Positions 54,171-63,374 of a stretch of DNA of 64,000 bases are shown here, in pieces (position 1 is the first letter of the stretch; the number at the start of each line of letters is the position of its first letter). The DNA comes from Candidatus Bathyarchaeota archaeon. GTDB taxonomy: Archaea; Thermoproteota; Bathyarchaeia; Bathyarchaeales; Bathycorpusculaceae. The DNA lies in contig CAWDYC010000005.1 in NCBI GenBank assembly GCA_963806535.1, positions 96,001-160,000 of the forward strand, read 5' to 3'. The notes below the pieces were generated by a model that saw nothing but the letters and a program-made list of their open reading frames with translations, made no database searches and was not told the origin of the DNA. A program made the position numbers and the translations under genes.

Positions 54171-54230
54171 TGAAGCTGGGATGGGGAATTGAGCCTTCAC
54201 CAAAGAAGAGATTCACCCGCATTTTCTTTT
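54171..54230 (-). repeat. Degenerate tRNA-Cys 3'-end copy, type A (att-like)
   Basis: TGAAGCTGGGATGGGGAATTGAGCC versus tRNA TGGAGCTGGGGATGGGAATTGAACCC, followed by GAGATTCACCCGCATTTTC. Confidence 0.75.
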
Positions 54231-54660
54231 TTTCATTTTAACCTAAAAAACTATTTGCAATGAGAAAACAAATTTGGCATATATAATTCTCTCTTACCAT
54301 TGTCTAATCCTTTTATGGCGCAACCCGCGCGATTATTTTTATTTAACAGCCTGCATTAGAGCATGTTGCCTGTGAAGATAAACACGTCAGTCGGAGAAAG
54401 GATTGGTAGTCCTATCGATGATGTCAGTTAACGAATTCTGAGGCACACGAAAACAACAAACAAAGCGGCGTTGACTGATGAGCAAGTAACAGAAAATTGA
54501 AGCCGAATGAATCAGATTCATTGTGAGAAATTCGATTAAGAATGTTGTATAAACCGGTGCTGTTGTAGATGGACAATCCTCGAATTCTCTTAATGAGTGT
54601 CTCAGAAGTGCATTCCCTGATGTGCCGTCCAAGTTAGAGTTGAAACTCTTGTGTGCGACA

Positions 54661-54751
54661 TGGGAGCTGAGGATGGTTTTTTGAGTTGAGGTGCGATTCC
54701 ATTCTTCGTTTAGGTTTTTATGAAATGTCTTGCATGTGTTTACGTCTTGAA
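54661..54751 (-). repeat. tRNA-Cys 3'-end copy, type B, with a conserved arm of about 75 bp
   Basis: GAGCTGAGGATGG then TTTTGAGTTGA...CGATTCC...CGTTTAGG; 42/51 ungapped identity with 58529-58579. Confidence 0.75.
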
Positions 54752-54831
54752 TACTTGAATGAGAGGTTTAGTCAACACTGAAATCCTTTAACTTAACGTT
54801 TTCACATTATCCTAAAAGAGGCATAAGTTAA

Positions 54832-55605
54832 GTGGTGAGTAAAAAGAAAAAGCGCTCAAGCATCTTTTTTGTAACTCTCTGCCTTTTCGTTTTCATAGGT
54901 TGCTTTGCAACAGGAGTTTTAATGCGACAAAATACTGTCCTTTTAATAAATCACTTACCACAGACTAATCTATTAGTGCAGCCAACTAATTCACAGCCTA
55001 AGATGCAATTGGGACCAAATTTGGAGCCATTGAGTGCATTCTTCTTAGACATGAATGGTGCCGCGTCTTCATATGCGAGTTTAAGCACATCAATAACTCA
55101 CAATGGGCACGCAAGTATCCGTTTAGCTGCTGATCGTATTCGAGGAACACGGGAAGATGATGGTGCCTGGATAAATGTTCATCCTGGTGACCACATATAT
55201 GCTGGCGTTTGGGCTAAAACTGATCCGAATACGGCTAATGGTGGCAACCCAGACATTTACAGAGGCGCACGTGTTGGCATAGATTTATGCGCTCAAACTT
55301 CTGCAGGCTACGGTGTGGTTGATGGAATACCGCATGACTACACAATAATAAACGGATTACCTGTTAGTCAATGGCAGAATACCCCCGTCTCACGGTTTCA
55401 GCTTCCTTACGATAATGACTGGACGCTTATTTATTGGAACATAACAGTTCCAGACAACTATTACGATAGGTACAATCCTGGAAACGAAAATATCGCTGTA
55501 ACTCCAGTTCAAATAAATAGTTTAGTGATGTGGTTTGATGCTAGAGAATTGACTGATGGACCATACGTTTACTTCAGTGATCCTTTTTTGTACGTTAATC
55601 CATAA
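54832..55605 (+). CDS. Membrane-anchored extracellular protein, possible carbohydrate-binding sandwich
   Basis: Basic N-terminus plus TM; motifs YAGVWAKT, WTLIYWNITVP and VYFSDP. Confidence 0.65.
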   Translation: MVSKKKKRSSIFFVTLCLFVFIGCFATGVLMRQNTVLLINHLPQTNLLVQPTNSQPKMQLGPNLEPLSAFFLDMNGAASSYASLSTSITHNGHASIRLAADRIRGTREDDGAWINVHPGDHIYAGVWAKTDPNTANGGNPDIYRGARVGIDLCAQTSAGYGVVDGIPHDYTIINGLPVSQWQNTPVSRFQLPYDNDWTLIYWNITVPDNYYDRYNPGNENIAVTPVQINSLVMWFDARELTDGPYVYFSDPFLYVNP

Positions 55606-55773
55606 TGGAGAGTTGGTTTTCAGGCTAACCATGGCCTGGTAGAACCGTTGTTAACGGAAGGAGATAACATAACAATGCTTAAGTGGTCTAGCTTCTTAGG
55701 ATTTATTGCTGTTAGAGGCATACAAACCATAATTTTTTGTGATCATCAGAGTCAACGTAGAACTTGAAGAATA

Positions 55774-55834
55774 GAGCTGAGGAGAATTGAACCCTCAACT
55801 ATTTGGAGAGGTCACGCCAAGATCCTTTCTTTTT
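55774..55834 (-). repeat. Degenerate tRNA-Cys 3'-end copy, type A
   Basis: GAGCTGAGGA----GAATTGAACCC followed by GAGAGGTCACGCC...TTTCTTTTTT. Confidence 0.7.
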
Positions 55835-56280
55835 TGCTTCCAGTATTCTTTATGGTTTGATTGATTTTGCTTTTGCCTTAAATCTTAATTCGCATTTTTT
55901 ATTACTCAATTCTGAGTAATTTTGGGGGATACCCTTTTTGGAAAAAGACTTTGTGTTGGTTGTTTTTAGTCAGTGGCCTTTTTTGCGGCTTATTTGGTTT
56001 GCGGATTTTGGGGTTTGCAGGTTTTCTGCGTAACGAATTAGTTGATTTGAAGCTAACTCTTCAATTTACGCCGCATTGTTTTTTGGGAGAGGCTTAAATT
56101 GCAGTTAGAAACGCTTAAGCGTGGTGAAGAATGGTTAGAGTTCTTTGCAATGTGAAGGAACTAGACGTGAATTATGCGCTTATTTGCGCTAATTATGCGT
56201 GAACTTGCGTGGATTTGACGCTTGTTTGCAGGCGACCAAGACTTGGCGCTTTTTGACATTATAGCCAAGCAGCTTCTGCA

Positions 56281-56943
56281 TTATTCTGTTACAATATGAG
56301 CGATTAGGCGAAGTTCGGCTTTTCTGGAATGAGTTGCCAACGTAGATTTGGTTAGGTTGAGCTTTTTTGCCAACTGTCTAGAGCTTATTCTTCTGGGCGA
56401 GTCATAGTACCCGAGCCTGTAAGCAGCAATTAAGACTTCCCTTTGTTTTTCTGTTAAAATGTTAAGAGGTGAATCCAGCGAAAACCGTGCGTCGGTCAAC
56501 GAGACAATCTTGTAGCGCATTTTCAGTTTCTGGAAATCCTCAAAAACCTTGCCCATTTGGCTTGCGCTTCCTATAAAAGTTAGCCTAACTTGCCTTTCGC
56601 GAATTTCGCGGGAAACAACATATGCGATATCGGCTCCTGGCTCTTTGGAGATAGTCTTTTGCGGTTTGGGGAGTTTCTGTTTAACGAAGACCACGTATGC
56701 TCCTGTTTTTTCTCTTTCGATGAGCTTCACTTCAAAAACATTGTCGCTAATTAGCCTCACAAAATCTTCAATGTTGGGTACTTCATCCTCAAGCTCTATT
56801 CTCCCTATTGCCGTCATCTCTTCTTGGTCCTGTCTGAGGACTTGCAGGATTTTCAACATTTTCACTTTTTGCAAGCGTGACACATCTACACTCTTATTTT
56901 TTCTCAATTCGTTAATGGAGAACTCTACGATAAGCCTACGCAT
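56281..56943 (-). CDS. Bacterio-opsin-activator-type (HTH_10) transcriptional regulator
   Basis: Motif LTEKQREVLIAAYRLGYYDSPRRISSRQLAKKLNLTKSTLATHSRKAE. Confidence 0.9.
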   Translation of the reverse strand: MRRLIVEFSINELRKNKSVDVSRLQKVKMLKILQVLRQDQEEMTAIGRIELEDEVPNIEDFVRLISDNVFEVKLIEREKTGAYVVFVKQKLPKPQKTISKEPGADIAYVVSREIRERQVRLTFIGSASQMGKVFEDFQKLKMRYKIVSLTDARFSLDSPLNILTEKQREVLIAAYRLGYYDSPRRISSRQLAKKLNLTKSTLATHSRKAELRLIAHIVTE

Positions 56944-56987
56944 GATATCCACATCATATACCAAATCATATATATTTTTTGTATTAG

Positions 56988-57001
56988 GCGGACATGTCCG
57001 C
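56988..57001. promoter_or_regulatory. Perfect 14-bp palindrome, probable operator
   Basis: GCGGACATGTCCGC between the divergent HTH_10 and amidohydrolase genes. Confidence 0.65.
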
Positions 57002-58127
57002 TAAAAAACTAATCCGATTCAACGCATTCTTAATCATCAAGGAGCCAACAAAAATTTCTGAGCGAATTGACGTACATCACCACATTGTTCCAAAAGAATA
57101 CGTTGACGCCCTATCCAAGAAAGGAGTAAAAAAAGGTCTTGGAGTTCAACTTCCAGGCTGGAACGCAGACAAAACCCTCGAGATTATGGACAAAAACGGA
57201 ATTTCCGCATCCATACTTTCAATTTCTGCACCAGGAGTTTACTTCAAAGACAAAGACCCTTCGCTGGAACTTGCCAGAAACCTATCAAGACAGACAAACG
57301 AAATATGCGCCAAATTGATCAGTGATCATCCTAAACGGTTCGGCGCTTTCGCCACTTTGCCCCTTCCTGATATCAACGCAGCTTTGGAAGAACTAAGGTA
57401 CGCTTATGAAAGGCTGAAACTTGACGGAGTGGTACTGCTATCGAACTACGATGGTTACTATCTGGGCGATTCAAGGTTTGACAAGCTGTTTATGGAGCTA
57501 AATCGCCGAAAAGCGGTCGTGTTCATTCACCCAGCTACGCCGCCAGGCATTGAAGAATCGCATCTTGGTCTCCCAGAATCGATGGTCGACGTGTGCTTCG
57601 ACACGACAAGAACCGCTTTTTCCCTAGTCGTGAATGGCATTACTAAGAAATGTCCTGATGTGCGCTTTATCCTAGCTCATGCAGGAGGCGCGGTTCCTTA
57701 CATGGCCGCAAGAGTAGGCATTACGTCAGCTCTCCTTGCAGAAAAAGGCGGCGTAGGACCTTTCATAGCAGATGGGCTTGGAAAGATTGCGTCCGTTTTC
57801 CCGAAATTGAAAGAATCCATGCCCGACCTTCTTAAATACTACTTAAGGTTCAAAGAAAACGTATTACCCGAAGGTCCAGATTTTTACCTGAAGAAGTTCT
57901 ATTACGATACTGCTCTTTCAGCTTCCCCTCACACTTTTGCTTCCCTTCAGACACTTGTCGACAGTTCAAAAATCTTGTTCGGAACCGACTACATTTTTGC
58001 AACACAAGATGCTGTACCCATAACAATTAAGGGCATAGAGGAATACTCAGGCTTCAACGAAAAAGACGTAAGAGCAATTGAGAAAGAAAACTCTTTAGGT
58101 CTGTTTCCGAGGTTCAAAGGCAGTTAA
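56994..58127 (+). CDS. Amidohydrolase_2 family protein (aromatic-acid/ACMS decarboxylase-like)
   Basis: Motifs IDVHHH, VVFIHP, FDTTR, ILAHAGG, YYDTA and ILFGTDY; true start uncertain. Confidence 0.88.
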   Translation: MSAKKLIRFNAFLIIKEPTKISERIDVHHHIVPKEYVDALSKKGVKKGLGVQLPGWNADKTLEIMDKNGISASILSISAPGVYFKDKDPSLELARNLSRQTNEICAKLISDHPKRFGAFATLPLPDINAALEELRYAYERLKLDGVVLLSNYDGYYLGDSRFDKLFMELNRRKAVVFIHPATPPGIEESHLGLPESMVDVCFDTTRTAFSLVVNGITKKCPDVRFILAHAGGAVPYMAARVGITSALLAEKGGVGPFIADGLGKIASVFPKLKESMPDLLKYYLRFKENVLPEGPDFYLKKFYYDTALSASPHTFASLQTLVDSSKILFGTDYIFATQDAVPITIKGIEEYSGFNEKDVRAIEKENSLGLFPRFKGS

Positions 58128-58210
58128 CATATTTGAAAGAATCCTGAGTGATTCTTAACTTTCTTTTTGATGTAAGTAATGTTTGGAGAACAGATTTTGG
58201 TTTTGGGTTG

Positions 58211-58270
58211 TGGTGATGCCGCTGGGATTTGTACCTCGGATAAGCCGGAGATTACCCGTATTTTCCTTTT
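58211..58270 (-). repeat. Highly degenerate type A copy
   Basis: GGGATTTGTACC...GAGATTACCCGTATTTTCCTTTT matches the arm of the 54171 copy. Confidence 0.55.
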
Positions 58271-58528
58271 TCTATTATTTGAGGTTTGAGCGTTAACTTT
58301 CATCTACACATAATGCAAAATATTAGCAATAAGCGCATAAGAAACACAATAATGTACACGCAACCTGGTCGATTTCCAAGAAGACGGTCATGTCGCAAGA
58401 ATTGCCCCTCTGAAAATGAGACATGCCAATTACTTGAAGCCAACTTCGAGTTTGTGTGCAACTTCGGCTATAAAAGTTTTCAGAAAACGCAAGTAGCATT
58501 TTTTCAAAGTATATGAGTTTATGCTAAA

Positions 58529-58617
58529 GAGCGGGGGATGGACTTTTGAGTTGAAGTACGATTCCCTTCCACGTTTAGGCTTCAAAGAAGTGGTTTGTAT
58601 GCTCATTACCTTGAATT
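58529..58617 (-). repeat. tRNA-Cys 3'-end copy, type B
   Basis: GAGCGGGGGATGG plus an arm homologous to 54664-54751. Confidence 0.75.
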
Positions 58618-58883
58618 CATCCAGTTGGAAAACTGGCTTATTAGAATGAGCCTTTTAAGCTGAGCGAAGTATTGTGTGCCTTTTTGCACGCAAAATACAC
58701 ATTATCTATAATCTTTTCCCTTTTTTCTTCACAACGGATTTCGTTAATAGTTGTTGGAAAAATTATCGAAACGAATCTTTTGTTAGCTCTGAATATGTCT
58801 CGCATTTTGAGTTTTCCAACAACTTTAATAGCTCAAACGATGTGCCTAAAAATACATATCGCTAATTGATTTGAGGTAATTAA

Positions 58884-59576
58884 ATGATATACCTAGGAAT
58901 AGATGACACCGACATTTTGGGTTCTAGAGGCACAGGCAGGCTCGCCAGAAACATCGCCGCCGAGCTCTCAAAGAAATACCAAATATTCGGTGTCACACGC
59001 CACCAACTTCTAGTACACCCAGACATCCCATTCACTTCACACAATAGCTGCGCTGTAGTTCATACTGAAACATCACCAACAGACATGGAAGAAATATTTT
59101 GCACCACAAGAAAGCTAATGCTGGAAGATTTCATTGAAGGAAGCGACCCAGGATTAGCTATAGCAGATAGTAATCAGGTGACGCCAGGAACAGTGGCATT
59201 TGGTCTAGATGCTAAAACCATCGTCGTCACTCAGGAACGAGCCAGAGAAGTGGCAAAAAATAGCAAAATCCGTTTTGAAGGTTTAGGCGGAACCGAAGGA
59301 GGTATAATAGGTGCAATCGCAGGCGTTGGTTTAGCTTCTTTGAAAAATGACGGCAGGTTCCTTCTGAAAGGCAAAAATAGAGAGCTCTCAGGAGTTCGGT
59401 CAATTTCAGAAATCATTAACTCAGGCATAGACGAAGTGCTTACGCTTCAAGGAGAGACGATTAATGAAGGAAAAGTGCAGATTCCAAAAAACGCCACCCC
59501 TTCTTTCATTCAAGGAAAAGCGGTGCTTTTCGTGGAACAAAACGAGGATTATTGGATTGCACTTAAGAGGGCCTAA
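58884..59576 (+). CDS. Stand-alone TiaS-N-terminal/DUF1743-like protein
   Basis: Motifs IYLGIDDTD...GTG, RHQLLVHPDIPFTSHNS, SDPGL and GIIGAIAGVG; lacks the OB and zinc-ribbon domains of TiaS. Confidence 0.75.
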   Translation: MIYLGIDDTDILGSRGTGRLARNIAAELSKKYQIFGVTRHQLLVHPDIPFTSHNSCAVVHTETSPTDMEEIFCTTRKLMLEDFIEGSDPGLAIADSNQVTPGTVAFGLDAKTIVVTQERAREVAKNSKIRFEGLGGTEGGIIGAIAGVGLASLKNDGRFLLKGKNRELSGVRSISEIINSGIDEVLTLQGETINEGKVQIPKNATPSFIQGKAVLFVEQNEDYWIALKRA

Positions 59577-59579
59577 AGA

Positions 59580-60358
59580 TTGCAGTTTAAGTATAAGCTG
59601 GCGGCTGCTTTTGCGATTTTTGGTTTGCTGATTTTAATAGTCTTTGCTGTTCAATGGGTTTACTTAAGCCAGCCAGCAAACATCCTCGGAGGAAATTATT
59701 ACCTGGATCAAACGTTTTCTCAAGCAAGTTTTCTTTATGGTCCTCAAGCATGGATTCCCTATGCGTCTAAATTGCCAGTTATGCCAGGGGTGGACACTAA
59801 CAGTAACGGAAACTTCTATGTTATGTTTGTCGATTTGAATGCCACATCTAATTTGAACGCTACGTTTCCCTGTGTAAGGGTTGATTACTCATTTAGTGGT
59901 TTACATGGGACAGCAGCTTTCCATGTTTACGGATATATCAAAGATAATGGGGGATTTTCATGGACGAATCGTGTGGATGGGCTTGGGGCAAGCGGTTTCT
60001 ATGTAACAGCTCCAGCATTGGATCGTCCAGCATTTCGGCAAATGCCCAGATGATGTCTGACATCGACCACATATACGTTAAGGTTTCAAACAAAGAAGGC
60101 GCTGCATTCAATGATTTTGGAAATAACACTTATTTTATGAAATTTGACAAGGATGGTGGCGGCTTAAATTCTCTCCACCTTACAACTGACCCAAGAAATC
60201 CCAGCGGCAACGTTACCACAACAAGCAATACGAGCGGTACTTTTTATGTGGATTTTACGGGTGGCCGAGTTCAGGATGATTTAGTTCTGTTAGTTGCCGT
60301 TAATGGTACTATAGATCACAATTTCAAATTAAATCTAAAGTCGAGTGTGCCAGGGTGA
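59580..60358 (+). CDS. Membrane-anchored surface protein, one frameshift near 59990
   Basis: ORF 59580-60053 continues into 59960-60358 (GGGLNSLHLTTD...GRVQDDLVLLVAVNG). Confidence 0.65.
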
Positions 60359-60367
60359 GATGAGGCT

Positions 60368-60928
60368 ATGAAGCGTCAGAAATATTTTTTGGTCTACGAG
60401 GTCTCTTTCTTGTCGCTTATGGCTGCCCTTGTTTATGTTTTCAAGGCTTTCTTCAAAACTCCGATCGGTTTGCCCGCCCATACTGCGATTGTGTGGGTAA
60501 TCCCTTTCATAATAGGAATTGGTTTAACAAAGAAGTTTGGTGCAGGCATCTACATAGGCGTGCTTTCAGGCTTGCTTCTAGGTGTGCTGGGAATGGCAGA
60601 TAAAGGCTTTTTCGAAGTATTTGAGTATGCAGCGATGGGAATCACCATGGACATTTTAGCTTTGGTGTTTAGAGGTCATTTGGGAAATATTTTGGTCGGC
60701 TGCGTTCTCGGTGCTTTCGGAAGTTTTGATAAAACAATGGTCAATTATTACATAACGAGTCTAATAGGCCAGAATGCACACATACTTCTAGTAGGAATCG
60801 GCGTTGCGGGAACTTCAAGTTTAATTTTTGGAGGAGCAGGCGGCATAATTTCAGCGATAGTTGTCAACCGTACGCAGCATTTGCATTTTCCAAACCGAAC
60901 TAAGAAAAAAGAAAAGATTAAGACTTAA
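60368..60928 (+). CDS. Probable ECF transporter S-component
   Basis: 186 aa with 5-6 TM helices; LMAAL, TPIGLPAH and KFGAGIYIGVLSGLL. Confidence 0.7.
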   Translation: MKRQKYFLVYEVSFLSLMAALVYVFKAFFKTPIGLPAHTAIVWVIPFIIGIGLTKKFGAGIYIGVLSGLLLGVLGMADKGFFEVFEYAAMGITMDILALVFRGHLGNILVGCVLGAFGSFDKTMVNYYITSLIGQNAHILLVGIGVAGTSSLIFGGAGGIISAIVVNRTQHLHFPNRTKKKEKIKT

Positions 60929-60946
60929 TTCAAACCTAAACCAGAT

Positions 60947-61777
60947 TTAGGTTTGACTTGATTTTCTTTTGTAAGTCATTATTGCTATTGTTGCGGCCAT
61001 CAGTACGATTATGGCAATAGCTGCAGCTGGAAATTCTGGAACAGTGGGCGAGGGTGATGGAGATGTTAAGGGAGTTGGGGTAGGTGTAGGCGATGTAGTT
61101 GGTGTTGGAGTTGGAGAAGCGGTTGGAGTAGGTGTTGGTGTCGGAGTTGGCGTGGGGGTGGCTGTTGGAGTCGGGGTAGGAGATGGGGCTGTGTCAGTTA
61201 CATTCACTTGTGTTATGCTTCTTCCGCCCGAACCATCCATAAGTAAACCTTCCTGACCAACAATTACTAGTCTGGGAGCTGGAAGAGAGCTGCTGGGCAG
61301 AGTAGTGCCGTTAACTTGGTAAGCCAAAATTAAGGTGACAGGCTGAACTTGATTCTGCACTGTTCCAGTTAGGTTATTGTACGTTGTGTATTGTGCGTTG
61401 AAGTTGGTGCCACTGTTTACCATATCATAAGTAAAATTGTTAGTGCCTTGACCCGTAACTGTCACATTGCAGGTTGAGGTGATTCCGCCCACTTGATTAC
61501 AAAGATAAAGCAGCGATACACCCACCCATAAACCACTATTGATGACATGTTGATTAGGTTGGTAGAATCCACCATACATGGTGACGTTTGGCATAGCTTC
61601 TAATTGAGTTAATGTATAGTTTATGCTTGTTCCAGTGTATCCAGTTACCTGTATAGTTGCTTCTGTCTGTGCTTTCGCTTGAGGCGAACTGCCTAAAGCA
61701 GCTGTGACGGTTAGCGTAATTATGAGTAACAAGAGAAAAGCTGTATGAGTGGGCTTGTTCGTGAGTTTAGTTAACAT
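60947..61777 (-). CDS. Secreted protein with a molybdopterin-oxidoreductase-like fold, PT linker and PEF-CTERM-like tail
   Basis: Motifs [27 protein letters not shown] and PRLVIVG; (TP)n linker; VPEFP, TM and KRK. Confidence 0.75.
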   Translation of the reverse strand: MLTKLTNKPTHTAFLLLLIITLTVTAALGSSPQAKAQTEATIQVTGYTGTSINYTLTQLEAMPNVTMYGGFYQPNQHVINSGLWVGVSLLYLCNQVGGITSTCNVTVTGQGTNNFTYDMVNSGTNFNAQYTTYNNLTGTVQNQVQPVTLILAYQVNGTTLPSSSLPAPRLVIVGQEGLLMDGSGGRSITQVNVTDTAPSPTPTPTATPTPTPTPTPTPTASPTPTPTTSPTPTPTPLTSPSPSPTVPEFPAAAIAIIVLMAATIAIMTYKRKSSQT

Positions 61778-62116
61778 TTATGGTTTTTCTCCTTTTGATT
61801 TGGAAGTTGCCGAGATGTACATAAAAACATTTCGGGGCAAATCTATAGATGTTTTTTTTGACTTTCGAGATCAAAGAAGACTATGGACACTATAGAAAGT
61901 TACGTCGGAGAAAGCTATGAGGAATCCCATTTTTGAAGCTGTTAAAGAGCGGATTACTGAGCCTGTAGGGAACCGAACCTTAAACATCCATGTCAGTAAT
62001 TGTACTGGGGATGGGCTTTTACAAAGATGTTGTCAATTCCATAGATGACGATTCTTTTCGGGTTCGTACTTGTACCCTTAAGAAAAATAGATATTTGCGG
62101 AACTAGACTCGAACTA

Positions 62117-62142
62117 TGGAGCTGGGGATGGGAATTGAACCC
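62117..62142 (-). repeat. Exact 26-bp direct repeat of the tRNA-Cys 3' end (attR-like)
   Basis: TGGAGCTGGGGATGGGAATTGAACCC is identical to 63216-63241. Confidence 0.92.
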
Positions 62143-62346
62143 TAACACGCTGGCGACATCGCCAATTCTTAATATTCTATGCAGCCTTTTTCTCTTTTTT
62201 TGAATCTCTTCCGTATAATGGCGTATCCCAGCTAAGTTGTGCTATCGCTTTAGGTGGCAATCGGTGGCTGACTTGGTTCTTTCTGTATTCCCTTTTTTTA
62301 CAAAAATTCTTAAGAAACGCCCGCGCATAAAAGGTGTGGTATTCGA

Positions 62347-62763
62347 ATGGTTGAGTATTACCAATTACCTTTGCCGTCCAGAATTCCAAAATCGATAATT
62401 ATATTAGTGCTTTTACTGGTCATCGCAGCAGTAGTGGCTATTCTGCTTTCTCCTTTTCTACCACATGGTCCCGCTGGAAGCCTATTTGTAGTTTTAACTT
62501 TGGGGATTTTAACCCTAATTTCCTATATCATCGCCCGCAGTACAGGGCTCAAAGACCAACGCTCTCCAAGACAAAAACGGGTAAATACTCTGCTATGCTC
62601 TGGTTTTGCGAGCTTTTTTAGCTATGCCGCTTTAGCAGTCGCGTTGATGGGTCACCCTATGCATTTTCCGTCTAATCTGCCGCTATTATTAGCCGTAGTC
62701 TTAGCTGCTGCTTCAACCGCGTTGATTGCAGACAGTGCTTCAAAGAAGATTGGCTTGTACTAA
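62347..62763 (+). CDS. Four-TM membrane protein, the only clear gene between the exact repeat and tRNA-Cys
   Basis: 138-aa ORF with four hydrophobic segments. Confidence 0.65.
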   Translation: MVEYYQLPLPSRIPKSIIILVLLLVIAAVVAILLSPFLPHGPAGSLFVVLTLGILTLISYIIARSTGLKDQRSPRQKRVNTLLCSGFASFFSYAALAVALMGHPMHFPSNLPLLLAVVLAAASTALIADSASKKIGLY

Positions 62764-63215
62764 CTGACGCATAGTCAAGCCTAAATGTTGCAATAGCAAA
62801 CCAAAGCATACGATAATGGAGCCCCACTATAGGGGGTAATTAAAACCGCGGCTGGAATCGTTATAGCGGGTTTAAGCTAGATTTGTATATTATCAGCAGC
62901 ATACGGACATGGCGCTAACTCAGTCATCAAGAATACCGGGATTTGAAAACCGTACGTTCCACCAAGGGGATTTACTCTTTCTCCATTTAAAAAATATTTA
63001 AGGAATACCGAGTGACTAAAATGCTGTTCTGTTTCACCCCTTTACCCAAAAGTTGGGAGTGCGGTCTTCTAAGTTAACACATAAACGCGGTAGACGAAGT
63101 ACTAAATCAGAAGAGGTAGGCAGTCAATGACAGACGGCAGCGAATTTGGGAAGAACCAAACCTTCTTAATAGAAGGCTCAAAGTAGAAGCCGCCAGAGGA
63201 TGGGAATGCATACGT

Positions 63216-63291
63216 TGGAGCTGGGGATGGGAATTGAACCCATATATAACAGCTCTGCAGGCTGTCGCCTGAACGATTCGGCCACCCCAGC
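63216..63291 (-). tRNA. tRNA-Cys (GCA), CCA encoded
   Basis: Cloverleaf: acceptor GCTGGGG/CCCCAGC; anticodon arm ACAGC-CTGCAGA-GCTGT; T arm ATGGG-TTCAATT-CCCAT; discriminator U then CCA. Confidence 0.93.
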
Positions 63292-63374
63292 ATCTTGAAT
63301 CTAGGGCTAGAGCACACATAAAAATATTGTTGGATATAAAACATATTATTTCCTGCATGTTTAATGCTTGGTTG

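Noticed and set aside
61040-61190. GGAGTT/GGTGTT-type tandem repeats, also at 38130-38240
   Set aside because: They encode Pro-Thr linkers of surface proteins; the antisense (GV)n ORF 61011-61256 is a shadow.
61959-61980. Additional weak tRNA-end look-alikes (61959, 62817, 63197, 55606)
   Set aside because: Too short or too divergent to distinguish from chance by eye.
54171-62142. Recurrent GAGCTGGGGATGG repeats as a CRISPR array
   Set aside because: Spacing is irregular (about 0.1-3.5 kb), the repeats match the tRNA-Cys 3' end, and no cas genes are present.
63102-63358. ORFs 63102-63344 and 63107-63358
   Set aside because: They overlap the tRNA-Cys gene and show no protein-like features.
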